A stretch of 64,000 bases of DNA from Bugula neritina (Eukaryota > Animalia > Bryozoa): assembly GCA_964035545.1 (NCBI GenBank), contig OZ037769.1, forward strand, positions 5,685,929-5,749,928, given 5' to 3'. Under the pieces are notes generated by a model that saw nothing but the letters and a program-made list of their open reading frames with translations, was not told where the DNA came from and did no database searches. This document shows, piece by piece, positions 63,011 through 64,000 of the stretch. The translations under genes were made by a program, and so were the position numbers. How positions within the stretch are numbered: the stretch's first letter is position 1; every line of letters begins with the position of its first letter.

Positions 63011-64000
63011 ACACCTTTTAGAAAATGGAAGTAGTACTGGGCAGTAACTACTCTCTTCAGCCAGGACTTGCCCATACTTCCCTTTTATCTTGTAATTGAA
63101 ATGAACTTTGCGTAAGTAATAAGCCTTGCAGGGTGACAAGTCCCATAAACAGGGTAGTGCATTGCAAATATAGTTTTCCTTAGCAACTTTCTGTTTAATT
63201 CTACTTCCTGTATTATCTTCATGGAAACCAGAATGTATAATGATTATAATTATCTTCAATTGAGATGTTTTACTGAATCCAGAATTCAAAAAGAAAAATA
63301 TTTCATTTTGGTCCTCCAATCAAAGACTTGTTTATGTGAAAGGAGAGGTTTAGCATCTAATAAAAATGACACCCCTTTATTGCTCTCTGTATCTAACCAT
63401 AAATGCATATAAATGAACTCATGTTGGTGGATTTATGGTTGTCAAGGTGAAACAAAACAGCATTATGACTCATAATCTGGCATATCCAGAGTTGCTCAAA
63501 GCCAGGTGAGTGTGTAATAAAGTTAGTGATGAGTTGACATGATTACATGATCATTATCCCTTAGTGAGCTATTCTAGAGTAACAAACTGATATTCCAACC
63601 ATTGATGCACCTATAGGCAGGAATAGAGTAGAGATTTGAGATATTCAAAGTGACTAAGGCAAGTTGAGCTAATATAGGGAGTATTAGACAAACATCAAGC
63701 CTAATATTTCACATAAATATTTAGTGAGCTAATAGTTGTGGGTGGTAACCACATAGAGTTCAGTGCATTTAGACTAAGAATTTGCTGGCATGTTGTTTAA
63801 AAACTTGGTACTTGTGTGTACATAGCTGTCTTTACAACATCCTGGTTTACTTGATAATTTCCATCCAATAGCGGACACTTTTACTAGAGCTATATTTAGT
63901 AAAAGGATGTTCCATTCTACCAGCACAAGAGTTGGGGGTGGTAATTAGGGATTTCTAAACAACAGGAAGTGGATAAAGTTCGTAACAGAAATGCCTACTG

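Overview
AT-rich, intron-rich animal genomic DNA (invertebrate, possibly lophotrochozoan; taxon is inference only). It is not prokaryotic, and I see no CRISPR array or operon. Most short ORFs in the track are exon fragments or noise. Splicing by eye (GT-AG junctions, phase checked) gives these models. (1) An orphan 2-exon gene (+, 2784-4180). (2) A 13-exon gene (-, 4589-11943) encoding signal peptide-CCP-CTL-CTL-CCP-Ser/Thr mucin stalk-putative GPI tail. (3,4) A tandem pair of secreted proteins with an IGFBP-like Cys-rich N-domain plus thyroglobulin type-1 repeats (+, 13979-17268 and 18374-21053). (5) Translin (-), head-to-head with (6) the zinc transporter ZIP13/SLC39A13 (+). (7) An isolated decayed fragment resembling the Mei-P26/NHL-2 C-terminus. 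(8) A Pro-rich adaptor with a C-terminal SH2 of SLP-76/BLNK type (-; 5' end uncertain). (9) An orphan 394-aa disordered protein with a DSGxxS degron (+). Introns carry several MITEs, tRNA-derived SINEs and many minisatellites that sit next to splice sites. I found no clearly new multi-gene system. The best leads are the IGFBP-N+TY pair, the lectin/CCP receptor with a possible secreted/GPI switch, the splice-junction-derived minisatellite and the Mei-P26-like fragment.
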